A stretch of DNA of 63,701 bases, the filler included, from Octopus bimaculoides (taxonomy: Eukaryota): the NCBI RefSeq assembly GCF_001194135.2. It is 3 parts of 3 records of this genome, joined end to end, with 100 filler letters (N's around TTAATTAATTAA, not from the genome) between each part and the next. Parts side by side here need not be neighbours in the genome. Positions count along the whole stretch, not along the records: positions 1 to 27,483 come from NC_068993.1; 2 more parts are not named here. One strand, written 5' to 3'. The translations under genes were made by a program, and so were the position numbers. How positions within the stretch are numbered: position 1 is the first letter of the stretch; every line of letters starts with the position of its first letter. The notes beneath the pieces were generated by a model. It ran no database searches, was not told where the DNA came from, and saw nothing but the letters and a program-made list of their open reading frames with translations. Below are positions 13,480 to 24,005 of the stretch, in pieces.

Positions 13480-13820
13480 CTTTTACTCTTTTACTTGTTT
13501 CAGTCATTTGACTGCGGCCATGCTGGAGCACCGCCAGGACTTAATCTTTGTAAGCCTAGTACTTATTCTATCGGTCTCTTTTTGCCGAACCACTAAGTTA
13601 TGGGGACGTAAACCTACCAGCATTGGTTGTCAAGCGATGGTGGTGGTGGGGGGACAAATATAGACACACAAACACACATACATATATATACATATACATA
13701 TGTACGACGGGCTTCTTTCAGTTTCTGTCTACCAAATCCACTCACAAGGCTTTGGTCGGCCCGAGGCTATAGTAGAAGACACTTGCCCAAGGTGCCACCC
13801 AGTGGGAATGAACCCGGAAC
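13480..13820 (-). mobile_element. SINE family B, near full length
   Basis: High similarity to the reverse complement of 16549-16922. Confidence 0.85.
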
Positions 13821-13837
13821 CATATATATATATATAT

Positions 13838-16121
13838 AAGGACTGGAAAGATGGTGGTAGCAAGGAGCTATATCAGGCAGCTATAAGGGAAGTTAGGAAG
13901 CAGATATACTTAGCCAGGGGTGAAGTAGAAAGAAAGAAGTTTGCCAATGTTCTGCAGTGTGAGGACCAGCGGCTTGAAGTGTTTCTGTTTGCAAGACAGT
14001 GTGCCAGGGAAAATTGTGATGTTGTAGGAGAGAAGTGGGTTCCCATGGATGATGGTTCACTTGCAGCTGCAAAGAAAGAGGCTTGGAAGTGCCACTATGA
14101 AAGGCTACCAAATGAAGACAATTCATTGGAGAAAGAGAATCTGCCTAATGTTGATTGAACAGAGGGACCAGCAATCCAAATATGCAGTCACATTGCAGAC
14201 AAATCCATGAAGGATACAGAGATGGGGAAAGCCCCCCCCCCCCAGCCCATCAGGAATAATCATTGTGATGCTTAAAATATCTGGCGGTGTGGGTTATGGT
14301 CTAGTTACCTGTATAGTTAATTAGGTGGTACACAAAGGAGTCATACCCAATGACTGGTGTAGCAGCACTTTAGTTAACTGCCACAAAGGTAAATGTCTTG
14401 CCTTAGATAAAAATAATTACAGTGGTATCAGATTGTTGGATCAGGTGATGAATATCATGGAGAGGGTCATAGCCCAACTAATTAGGGAGAGAGTTTGTCC
14501 AGATGAGATGCAGTTTGGTTTTGTGCCAGGGAGAAGCACTATTGATGCTATTTTTCTGGTAAGACAGTTGCAAGAGAAATACCTAGCCAAAGATAAACCT
14601 CTGTACTTGGCTTTTGTTGACTTGAAGAAAGCCCTTGACAGGGTCCCCTGATCCCTTATCTGGTGGTCAATACAGAAACTAGAGATAGAAGAGTGGTTAG
14701 TGAGATGTTCATCATAGTCTTCCTGAGCAATAACAGGCGAATTTAAGACAAGATGCTCCTGGGAGCTCATCTATGCTGATGACCTTGTTTTTATAGCTGA
14801 ATCACTACCAGAACTAGATAAGAAATTTCAAGTGTGGAAGCAGGGTCTAGAATCAAAGGGCCTTAGAGTTAGCCTAGCAAAAATCAAAGTCTTAGTAAGT
14901 AGGAAAGCAGAAAAATCACAAATGCCTTCAGGTGGATGACCCTGCTCAATCTGTAAGAAAGGCATAGGTAGAAATTCCATAAGATGTACCTGGTGCAAGC
15001 TATGGACACATGAAAGGTGCAGCAATATCAGAGGAAGGTTAACTGGGAAAATAACTTTTGTGTGTGGAACGCGCACAAACACATTAAACTCTAAAAATGT
15101 ACAGAAGACAGACTCCGCCAACTGCCAAGATGGTAAGCTAGAAGTACTTGAGCAATAGAAGTACAACTGCCAGGAGGGTAAGCTAGAAACTTTTGTTATC
15201 TAGGTGACCCAGTCAATAGCAGAGGTAGATGCTCTGAGAGCATAAGAATAGGCTGAGCAAAGTTCAGAGAGCTCCTGCCTCTGTTGACAACAAAGGGCCT
15301 CTTCCTCAGAATGAAAGGCAGATTGTTTGATGCCTGTGTGAAAACAGCCATGCTGCACAGCAGTGAAACATGGGTTGTGACTGCTGAGGACATGCAAAGG
15401 ACTGCAAAAAATGAAGCTAGCATGCTTCATTGGATGTACAATGTTAGTGTGCATGTACAACAGACTGTAAGTGTCTTGAAAGAAAAGTTGGGTATAAGAG
15501 GCATCAGATGTGGTATGTAAGAGAGATGACTATGCTGGTATGGTCATGTGATGCATATGGACGAGGACAGCTGTGTAAAGAAGTACCAGTCTCTAACTGT
15601 GGAGGGAACCTGTGGGAGAGGTAGACATGGTATGGGATGGTGAAGTATGATCTCAAAATGTTGTGACCAAAATCTTTGGTGATATGCTGTACTTGAAAGG
15701 ACCCGTCAAGCCATTTGAAATTGTGGTTGTGGCTGATGTTGGTGTCATATAACTGGCACCCATGCCAGTGGCATGTAAAAAGCACCTTTCAAGCATTGAG
15801 CTTCATGGAAGCAATGTGGCCAATGCCAGTGTTGCATAATTAGCACTTGTGCTGGTGGCACAAAAATTGTACCTCTCAAGCATTGGGCCTCATGGAGGCA
15901 GTGATAAATGACTGAGACCTTCACCAATATGCTGTGCTTGAGTAGCAGACCCATCAAGCCAAGTTAAAGTGTTGTCATGGCAGATACTAATGTCATGCAA
16001 CTGGTGTAAAACTACGCCAAATTAGACATGAGTCTGGTGCAGCCCTTCAGCTTGCCAGCCATGGTCAAACCATCCAACCCATGTCAGCATGGACAATGGA
16101 CGTTAAATGATGATGATGATA

Positions 16122-16167
<46 letters not shown>

Positions 16168-16168
16168 G
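13838..16168 (+). mobile_element. 5'-truncated, decayed RTE-clade LINE (RT domain, Cys-rich insert, 3' UTR, (GAT)n tail)
   Basis: RT motifs QFGFVPGRSTIDAIF, AFVDLKKALDRVP and ELIYADDLVF (~14765-14795); CSICKKGIGRNSIRCTWCKLWTHERC; KTAMLHSSETW; multiple stops, frameshifts and deletions; ends GGACGTTAAATGATGATGAT. Confidence 0.92.
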
Positions 16169-16199
16169 GATATATATATATAAAGAGCGTGATTGTTAC

Positions 16200-16536
16200 T
16201 AGCGTTGCCTTCCTGGCACTTGTGCCGGTGGCATGTGAAAAGACATTCGAGCGAGGTCATTGCCAGTGCCGCTGGACTGGCTCCTGTGCAGGTGGCACGT
16301 AAAATACACCATTTTGAGAGTGACCATTGCCAGTACCGCCTTACTGGCCTTCGTGCCTGTGGCACGTAAAAGCACCCACTACACTCTCGGAGTGGTTGGC
16401 GTTAGGAAGGGCATCCAGCTGTAGAAACTCTGCCAGATCAGATTGGAGCCTGGTGTAGCCATCTAGTTTGCCAGTCAAATCATCCAACCCATGCTAGCAT
16501 GGAAAGCGGATGTTAAACGTTGATGATGATGATGAT
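16200..16536 (+). mobile_element. Second RTE 3' UTR/tail copy (or RTE-mobilised SINE)
   Basis: GTGGCACGTAAAA repeats, GTTGGCGTTAGGAAGGGCATCCAGC and CATCCAACCCATGCTAGCATGG, then (GAT)n. Confidence 0.8.
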
Positions 16537-16548
16537 TGATATATATAT

Positions 16549-16922
16549 AGGAGTGCCTGTGTGGTAAGTAGCTACCAACCACATGGTTCAGGGTTCAGTC
16601 CCACTGCGTCGCACCATGGGCAAGTGTCTTCTACTATAGCCTTGGGCCGACCAAAGTGTTCTAAGTGGATTTGATAGAAGGAAGCTGAAAGAAGCCCGTT
16701 GTGTGTGTGTATTTGTGTATCTGTGTTTATCTCCCCACCACCATCGCTTGACAACTGATGTTGGCATGTCTACCTCCCTGTAACTTAGCGTTTCGGCAAA
16801 AAAGACCGATAGAATAAGTACTAGGCTTACAAAAAATAAGTCCTGGGGTCGATTTCTTCGACTAAAGGCGGTGCTCCAGCATGGCTGCAGTCAAATCACT
16901 GAAACAAATAAAAGAATAAAAG
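16549..16922 (+). mobile_element. SINE family B, full length (tRNA-like head)
   Basis: Head with GTGTGGTAAG (A-box-like) and GGTTCAGTCCC (B-box-like), internal (TG)n, 3' CAGCATGGCTGCAGTCAAAT...GAAACAAATAAAAG. Confidence 0.88.
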
Positions 16923-17329
16923 AATATATATATAGATAGTGAAAAAGAGAGAGAAACACTTACATATATACACGCGCCCGCACACGCACACACAAGCACA
17001 CACATATATGAAGTAGCTGCCAAAGCTGAAGGATTGTCAAGTATAATTCACTGCTACATTTGTTATTGTGTGTACAATAACCATTCCTAAGTTGTAAGTG
17101 GTTTGTCAGGAAGCTGGATGACGGAAAAAACAAAAAGAGAAAAAAACACCCACTCTTCCTCAGAAAACCGTCAGGAGAGACAATATCATAGTCATCATGT
17201 TGTTTACTTTCTGAAACAAGAGTTATCTCCCCTAGAAATGTCAACATAAATCCACTCAGTACGAATTGCAAGATGGAAATGTTGATTTCAATATAATGTA
17301 TTTCTGGTTTCAAATTTTGGCACAAAACC

Positions 17330-17500
17330 GGGGGAGTGTGTAAGTCGATTACGTCGACCTTAGTGTTTAAGTGGTACTTATTTTATCGACCTAGAAAGAA
17401 TAAAAAGCAGAGTTGACGTCGGAGGCATTTGAACTCAGGACGTAAAGTCGGAAGAAATACCCCGAAGCATTATTTTTGAGCCAGTTCGCCGCCTTAAAGT
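17330..17500 (-). mobile_element. SINE family A, degenerate
   Basis: TTTGAACTCAGGACGTAAAG and GCCAGTTCGCCGCC match the reverse consensus. Confidence 0.75.
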
Positions 17501-17523
17501 AAAGTAATATTAAATATTGGGAA

Positions 17524-17742
17524 GGCGGCGAGCTGGCAGAAACGTTAGCACGCTGGGTGAAATGCTTCGCGGTATTTCGTCGGTCTTTACGTTCTGAGTT
17601 CAAATTCCGCTGAGGTCAACTTTGCCTTTCCTCCTTTCGGGGTCGATAAATTAAGTACCAGTTGCGTACTAGGGTCGATCTAATTGACTGGTCCCCTTCC
17701 CCCAATATTTCGTTCCTTGTGCTTAGAGTAGAAAAGAATATT
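17524..17742 (+). mobile_element. SINE family A, full length
   Basis: GGCGGCGAGCTGGCAGAAACGTTAGCACG...GTTCAAATTCC...GGGGTCGATAAATTAAGTACC. Confidence 0.9.
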
Positions 17743-18144
17743 AAACATTGGGGGCTAACGCAGAATCGCACCTCTCCTGGAAAATGCATTTTTAAAAAAC
17801 ATTTTTTCGGATTCCTACGTTTTAGATGTCTGAGATNNNNNNNNNNNNNNNNNNNNNNNNNNNNNNNNNNNNNNNNNNNNNNNNNNNNNNNNNNNNNNNN
17901 NNNNNNNNNNNNNNNNNNNNNNNNNNNNNNNNNNNNNNNNNNNNNNNNNNNNNNNNNNNNNNNNNNNNNNNNNNNNNNNNNNNNNNNNNNNNNNNNNNNN
18001 NNNNNNNNNNNNNNNNNNNNNNNNNNNNNNNNNNNNNNNNNNNNNNNNNNNNNNNNNNNNNNTGCAGCGAGTTCCTGTTTTTGATGAGGGAGATTCTGAA
18101 TATGCAAGAAACCATGCTTTCAAAATTTTAAATTCAATAAGCAT

Positions 18145-18177
<33 letters not shown>

Positions 18178-18188
18178 CGGACGGACGG

Positions 18189-18907
18189 TGTAGCAAAAGA
18201 TGTTGAGGTGGCAGATGAAATAGGCATGGGGACGACATCAAAGTAAAACAATTGGAAAGCATCAGATTGTGGTTTGAATAATTTAATTGACACTTGCATT
18301 TATGTGTTGTATATACCAGAAAATTCAGTACATGACATTACCAACTTGCTTCGAGTTGGCGGAGTAGAAAATGAACAGGAGAAATACTGTGTCGATGTGA
18401 TGAGGTAGAACCGAGCGTGTTTTGTATTTGCGTGTGCATTGGTCATTCGGTCGTGTCTGTTTATGTTCTGCGACTGCTACTGTGTTGGGTCGTTCATGCT
18501 GAATACGTGGTTCTATACTGGCTCCTTGACTTGCGCAAGTTAACTGTTGGCTGTCTGCTTGCTTCTTGACCGTTTGTCTGGTGATGGCTATCTGCCTCTT
18601 GGACGGTTTGCCGGTCGATGGCTATCAGCTTCCTGTCGTATGTCTGACTGTTTTTATAATGGTCATGACAGCTAGAAGGACAGACATACCACAGGAGTAA
18701 TTTTTACCTATGTAAGTAGCCTCCTGTCCACTTGAACCTTAAATGACACAGCTCAGGTCGTAGGTCCAAGGGAAATCCATCCATCACTATTTGACAGGAC
18801 AAAGAAATTTCTTTCGCACTTGTTTGGCCAGTGGTGGATCAGACGAGTGAGAATCCTTAGATTCGGTTTCGAATCTCAGCTCGGAAAAGGAAGTGTTAGT
18901 TTTTACA
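18189..18907 (-). mobile_element. LTR copy A1 (about 720 bp)
   Basis: TG...CA termini; direct repeat of 22046-22736; TATAAA box on the minus strand. Confidence 0.75.
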
Positions 18908-19689
18908 ATAGATATGAATAAACGGATAGGTATGAATAGATAGACAGATGCATAAATAAATGGATGAAAAAGTTCAAACTTTAAAATTGGGAGTGGGGTG
19001 AAACTTGAGCCCCTTATTAAACTTTATAACATTAATCATTAAACATATTAATCTTTGTTTCTCATAAAATGGTGTATATTTAATTTACATTTGATTATTT
19101 ACTATTATTTAAAGCAAACACAAGCAAAACGCAAATTCTTTTCACTTTAATGCATTTGTCTATATTTAATTTCTATTTGGATATGTTCAAAAATACGTTT
19201 TTGGTTATGGAAGATCTGATTCTGACAAAATAATTTCAAAAATTGCATTGAAATTTTGAAAATGCGATTTTTGAAAATTTTGTTTTCAGAATTGGATCCT
19301 CCATAACCAAAAACGTGGGATTCCCAGGTGAAGGTCATTATATTGACCCTATATACTTGCACATGCCACTACTTCCTACTTCCCTCCTAACAACTTGACT
19401 AATTTCCTATCCGCCACATGGTTTATTTCCTTTCCTCTGTGTTCACCATGTGGTATTTCCTGTCCTCCTGTTCACCATGCGGTATTTTCCAACTAACTGT
19501 TACCCATATATCAACATCAAACCACGACAATGTGTGACCTTCCTCAGCCAATTGCAGCCAGAACTTTTTAGCCCTCAACTCTTCTTACATGCTAGTTTAG
19601 TGGTTTCCAAGCTTTTTGACTCTGAGGTACAAGATACATTGTTGGAGTTTTCAGATCTTTTCAAGAAAGATGTTTATTAATTTTGAAGA

Positions 19690-20420
19690 AATACAAAACT
19701 TTATTCTTTAAAGTAAGATCCTCTGACTTCAATACACTTGTAGCACTCCAGCCACTTCATGAAGGCTCCATGGAAATGCTCCAAAGTGGACACTTGTCAC
19801 AGCAGCCTTCATCGTCTCAATATCTTCAAAACAACTGCCCCTAAGGTTCTCCTTCACCTTGAGGAACAACCAAAAGTCACAGGGAGCAAGGACTGGACTG
19901 TTGAGAGGGTGAGCGACAGTTTTGATACCCCTATCTTTTCAGTAATTGGTTACTAGGATGAAATAGTGAACTGGTGTGTTGTCCTAGTGCAGGTACTACC
20001 AACCTGAGTGGAAGAGCTCTGGCCTTTTGTGACAAAATCTCTTCCTGAACTCCCTCAAAACTTTTACAAAGTACTTTTTGTCGACTGTCTGGCCGATGGA
20101 ACCCAGTGACTATAGATGATGCTCTTTCTGTTGAAAAAGGGGATTATCATGAGCTTCCCAGTGGACTTGCTTTGCCTGGCCTCTTGTGCCAGCAAAAAAC
20201 AAGTGTTTGGCTCATACATCTTAATCCCTAATTCTTCTGGAGCATTTAATAAGTTTCTGTCGCATTTTTGTCCAGTTTAACACAAAAATTTTATTGCATA
20301 GCGAGCTTCCAAATTGTCTTCACACCTTAATTGCTTTCTGCAAATGACACATTTCTTCAAGATACCTAAGTATTTGGAACGGATTTTCTAAAGCCAACCT
20401 TAAATTTATTTTAAAAAATT
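19690..20420 (-). pseudogene. Mariner transposase remnant (D,D34D type)
   Basis: Minus-strand reading GKLMIIPFF...HWVP-GQTVDKKYFVKVLREFRKRF...LH*DNTPVH...HPLNSPVLAPCDFWLFLKVKENLRG, with stops and frameshifts. Confidence 0.88.
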
Positions 20421-20610
20421 TATGATGCATTTAGATAGCCCTTGTGAGATGTCATTTAAAAACCACTTATCTAGTCAATATANNNNNNNNNNNNNNNNNN
20501 NNNNNNNNNNNNNNNNNNNNNNNNNNNNNNNNNNNNNNNNNNNNNNNNNNNNNNNNNNNNNNNNNNNNNNNNNNNNNNNNNNNNNNNNNNNNNNNNNNNN
20601 NNNNNNNCAA

Positions 20611-21209
20611 TGTAACGGTTTTTAGGTGTTGTGTAGTCGATGTGTCACCCATTGTAACGATAAGTATTATTTACCGTTACTTTATATGTTGTCATACCAC
20701 GACGGGTAGGCCAGTGTAATAGTATAACAGTTTGTACGTAAAGCATACAATGTTAAGAATTTCGGCCTGTATCTGTATGTACACTTTTTCATAGTAGTAA
20801 TTATATATAGAGAGAGATGGTAGGGTTATAGAGAAATGGATGCGAGCTCGTATGCCTGCTTGTGTCCATGACTCTAGATGTCCAGTCGTCACCGACCAGC
20901 GACCAAGCTGTCGAGGCGTCACCGATTGGTGACTAAAGAGACACTTTTCTTGTGGTCTCCTGTTTTTATAGCTATCAAGGATAGTGAGAACAAAGGATTC
21001 TATTCTAGATTTGATGAAGTAGAAGAGGTCAGAAAAGGGTCAAGTGATGGAGACACCGCTTCGGCCTAGCTAAAGGCGTCTGGGACATATCTAACTGCTG
21101 TCAGAACAAAACCGTTGTTCCACTGCGGGAAAAGTTCTGACGCAGTGTTAATTCAAATTTGTGGCATAGTGGATCGAATCCACTTCACGCCTGCCAGATT
21201 CCTATATCA
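20611..21209. mobile_element. Probable unrelated solo LTR (about 600 bp)
   Basis: Starts TGTAAC and ends TATATCA; internal TATA-like run; no coding capacity; TSD not assessable because of the adjacent gap. Confidence 0.4.
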
Positions 21210-21224
21210 CTCTCCTCAATAGTA

Positions 21225-21420
21225 AGGCAGCGAGCTGACAGAGTTGCTTAGAGGCATTTCGTTTGTCTTTATGTTCTGAGTTCAATTTCTTCCAAGGTCG
21301 ACTTTGCTTTTCATCCCATCATGTTTGACAAAATAAGTACCAGTTGAGCACTGGGGTCAGTCTAATCAACTTACCCCATCTGCCAAACTTGCTGACCTTG
21401 TGCCAAACTTTGAAACCAGT
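21225..21420 (+). mobile_element. SINE family A, degenerate
   Basis: GGCAGCGAGCTGACAGA...GTTCTGAGTTCAA...AAATAAGTACCAG. Confidence 0.75.
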
Positions 21421-21589
21421 ATATATATATTAATAGTAACACGCACGAAGCTGAGAATGGTTGCAGAGAATCAGTTTTAAAAACTGCAATACAGGCCTAA
21501 GTGCAATTCGAAGATGGACTTTAAGCATCAAAATATTTGTCTCTCTCTAGGTTATGAATTAAAATCTTGTCAGGGTCTGCTATATTCCT

Positions 21590-22013
21590 TGAAGACAAAA
21601 ACAGACGACTTTGTGGGTGAGAGCCAGGAACTTCTGTTGCATTAAATTCTTTGGCTGTGTTGTTTCCCGAACAGGATGCTGAAAATTTACGGTGGTACCA
21701 ACAAGTTTCCTGTGAATCCTTTCGGGCTTCATGACCGCCTACCACATCGATGCATTCGGCTGTTACTTTGATGGGGGATACCAGACGATAGGGCTTGTAT
21801 CTGTGATGCCCACTGTGCCACCAATGCATACAAATCAGAAATTTCCGAAGCACTGGACGACGAAAGGAAAGGATTGGTGGAAGGAATCGCTGCCTGGAAT
21901 GCCATGTCAACTATAGATGAGTTCGCTGCTGGGTTGTGTTCCGGTAGAGCCAGAATGTGACGACTAATCGCAGCAATTTTCAAGTTCTGATTTAGTGATG
22001 TGAAGGCTATCAT
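21590..22013 (-). pseudogene. Gypsy gag C-terminus/protease-entry remnant
   Basis: ETCWYHRKF (CWYHxxF gag motif) followed by HPQSRLF, directly downstream of a PBS-like site. Confidence 0.6.
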
Positions 22014-22017
22014 TCTT

Positions 22018-22031
22018 CGTCTGAGTCACCA
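22018..22031 (-). promoter_or_regulatory. Primer-binding site, tRNA-Trp-like
   Basis: TGGTGACTCAGACG lies 2 nt after ...CCCACTACA; 12/14 match to TGGTGACCCCGACG, the complement of the tRNA-Trp 3' end. Confidence 0.6.
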
Positions 22032-22033
22032 AA

Positions 22034-22736
22034 TGTAGTGGGCTGTGTAGCAAAAGGTGTTGTTGATGTTGCAGATGAAGATAGGCGTGTTGACAACATC
22101 AAAGTAAAACAATGAGGAAAGCATCGGATTGTAGTTTAAATAATTTATTTAATCCACACTTGCATTTATGTATTTCACACACAAGGTTTGATTCACAATA
22201 TCAAGGAAGGCCGCTACATGAAGTTACTAACTGCTTCGAGTTGATGAAGTAAAAATGAGCAACAGGAGAAATATTGTGTTGATGTGATGAGGTAGAACCG
22301 GGCATGTTTTGTGTCTGTGTGTGCATTGGTCATGTCTGTTTATGTTCTGCGACTGCTACTGTGTGTGGTGTCGTTCATGCTGAATATGTGGTTCTCTGTT
22401 GGCTGCTTGACTGGCGCAAGCTGTCTGCTGTCTCTCGACCGTTTGGTGGCTGTCTGCCTATTTGTCGTGTGTCTGACTGTATTTATAATGGTCATCCTAG
22501 CTAGAAGAACAGACATACCATAGGAGTAATTTCTACCTATGTAAGTCGCCTGCTGTCCACTTGAACCTTCAGTGACACAGTTTAAGTCGGGGGTCAGATG
22601 GAAATCCAGCCATCATTTTTTGACAGAACAAAGAAATTTCTTTCGCACCTGTTCGGCCAGTGGTTGATCAGGCAAACGAGAATCCTTAGATTCGGTTTCG
22701 AATCTCAGCTCGGGAAATGAAATGTTAGTTTTTACA
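22034..22736 (-). mobile_element. LTR copy A2 (homology to A1 begins at 22046)
   Basis: Direct repeat of 18189-18907 (roughly 80% similar by eye); TG...CA ends; adjoins the PBS. Confidence 0.78.
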
Positions 22737-23108
22737 CTCACCCTTCTTTATCCAGGCCATCACATCGCCTTCCCCGGTGAACGGTCTCAACACATCATTT
22801 CCTATTCTGATTTTCGTGGCCATTACAAACGAAGAACAAGAGCAACAAAAAAGTATAAGATATCTACTTCTCGGACGTATCCTCACAGCTGGTAACAACG
22901 TGGTTTGAAGGTATGTAAACAAAATTGTTCTCCTTCGACTTGCAACCGGGTACCGCAGGCAGATTGATCAATTCTTCACCCGTGTTGTCACGAACTCTCT
23001 ATCTCCACGACTCACGTCCTCCAGAAAAAAACAAAACGCAAGGAAACTTTTCTTCTCATTCGCTGACGTGATGTCATCTCTCGACGCTTCCAGTCTTCCT
23101 TGCACCAC
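22737..23108 (-). mobile_element. Start of a second Gypsy element: LTR/leader-like sequence plus first ~30 gag codons
   Basis: MATKIRIGNDVLRPFTGEGDVMAWIKK resembles invertebrate Gypsy gag N-termini and is cut exactly at the LTR A2 boundary. Confidence 0.55.
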
Positions 23109-24005
23109 AGTTAATCCATATAATACTGACACAGTCAAGAAATTTGTATTGAATGTTTAGTGTAGAGAAAAACCATTATCGTAAAATAAAATAAGGAATA
23201 AAAGAAACTGCGTTATCAATTTACTCATTCATGGAGAAAAAGGGCCAACGTATACAAGCCTAGAGAATTATGCTTTCAAAAGTAAATTACTTGAAAATTA
23301 AAATTTTTTCTATCCCACCTCTAGTATCTTTATTTGTCCTTTATTTATGTCTTGTAGAATATATTGCGTTTTATTTTAATTAGAGGTTTCCAGGAAACTT
23401 TTAAGGATTCATCACAACTAGTATTCAAAACTAAATCACAGACACGACTGCATCGTTTTCTTAGATACACTAAAAAAACATAAGTAAATGAATTAAATTA
23501 AATAAACTTAAGAAAATTCTGTAATTAAACTGGTTTTCCGAGGCTATGAAATATTAAAACTTTCGCCCGACCGATGTTATAAGTTAATCATGTACTAAAG
23601 CTATCTTCATTAGTGTTAGCCTTCCTTTGTGACGTATGAAGTTTATCTATTGAAAGAAGTTGTTAATATCTGTACCGTTCTTGTCTAGCTAGCACCCATA
23701 GCTGAAAAGTAGCCTAACCAACCAACTAAGTATTTGGTTTGGTATAGAGAGAAATGATGATTTTATAGTCACATATTTACTGCAGAAAGCATCATAAAAG
23801 GAAAGTGTTTATGCGGTGAGGAATAAAAAAGGAAAAGCAACAATAATAGTCAAGGACTAATATTGATACTTTGATTCTTTCAGCAGCTTTTTCTTCAATT
23901 ATTGTGGTAGAAGGGTGCCTTTAAACCACAATTATATACTTGTTTTTGTTTTATGAATGTTGTTCGTTAAAAAACCCCTTTAAGGCGCCGAAAACTTATT
24001 CTGCA

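Noticed and set aside
23940-24005. ORF-track start of the EB1-like protein at 23940
   Set aside because: It is a TTG codon; in a eukaryote the first in-frame ATG (24006) is more plausible and matches EB1 N-terminal length.
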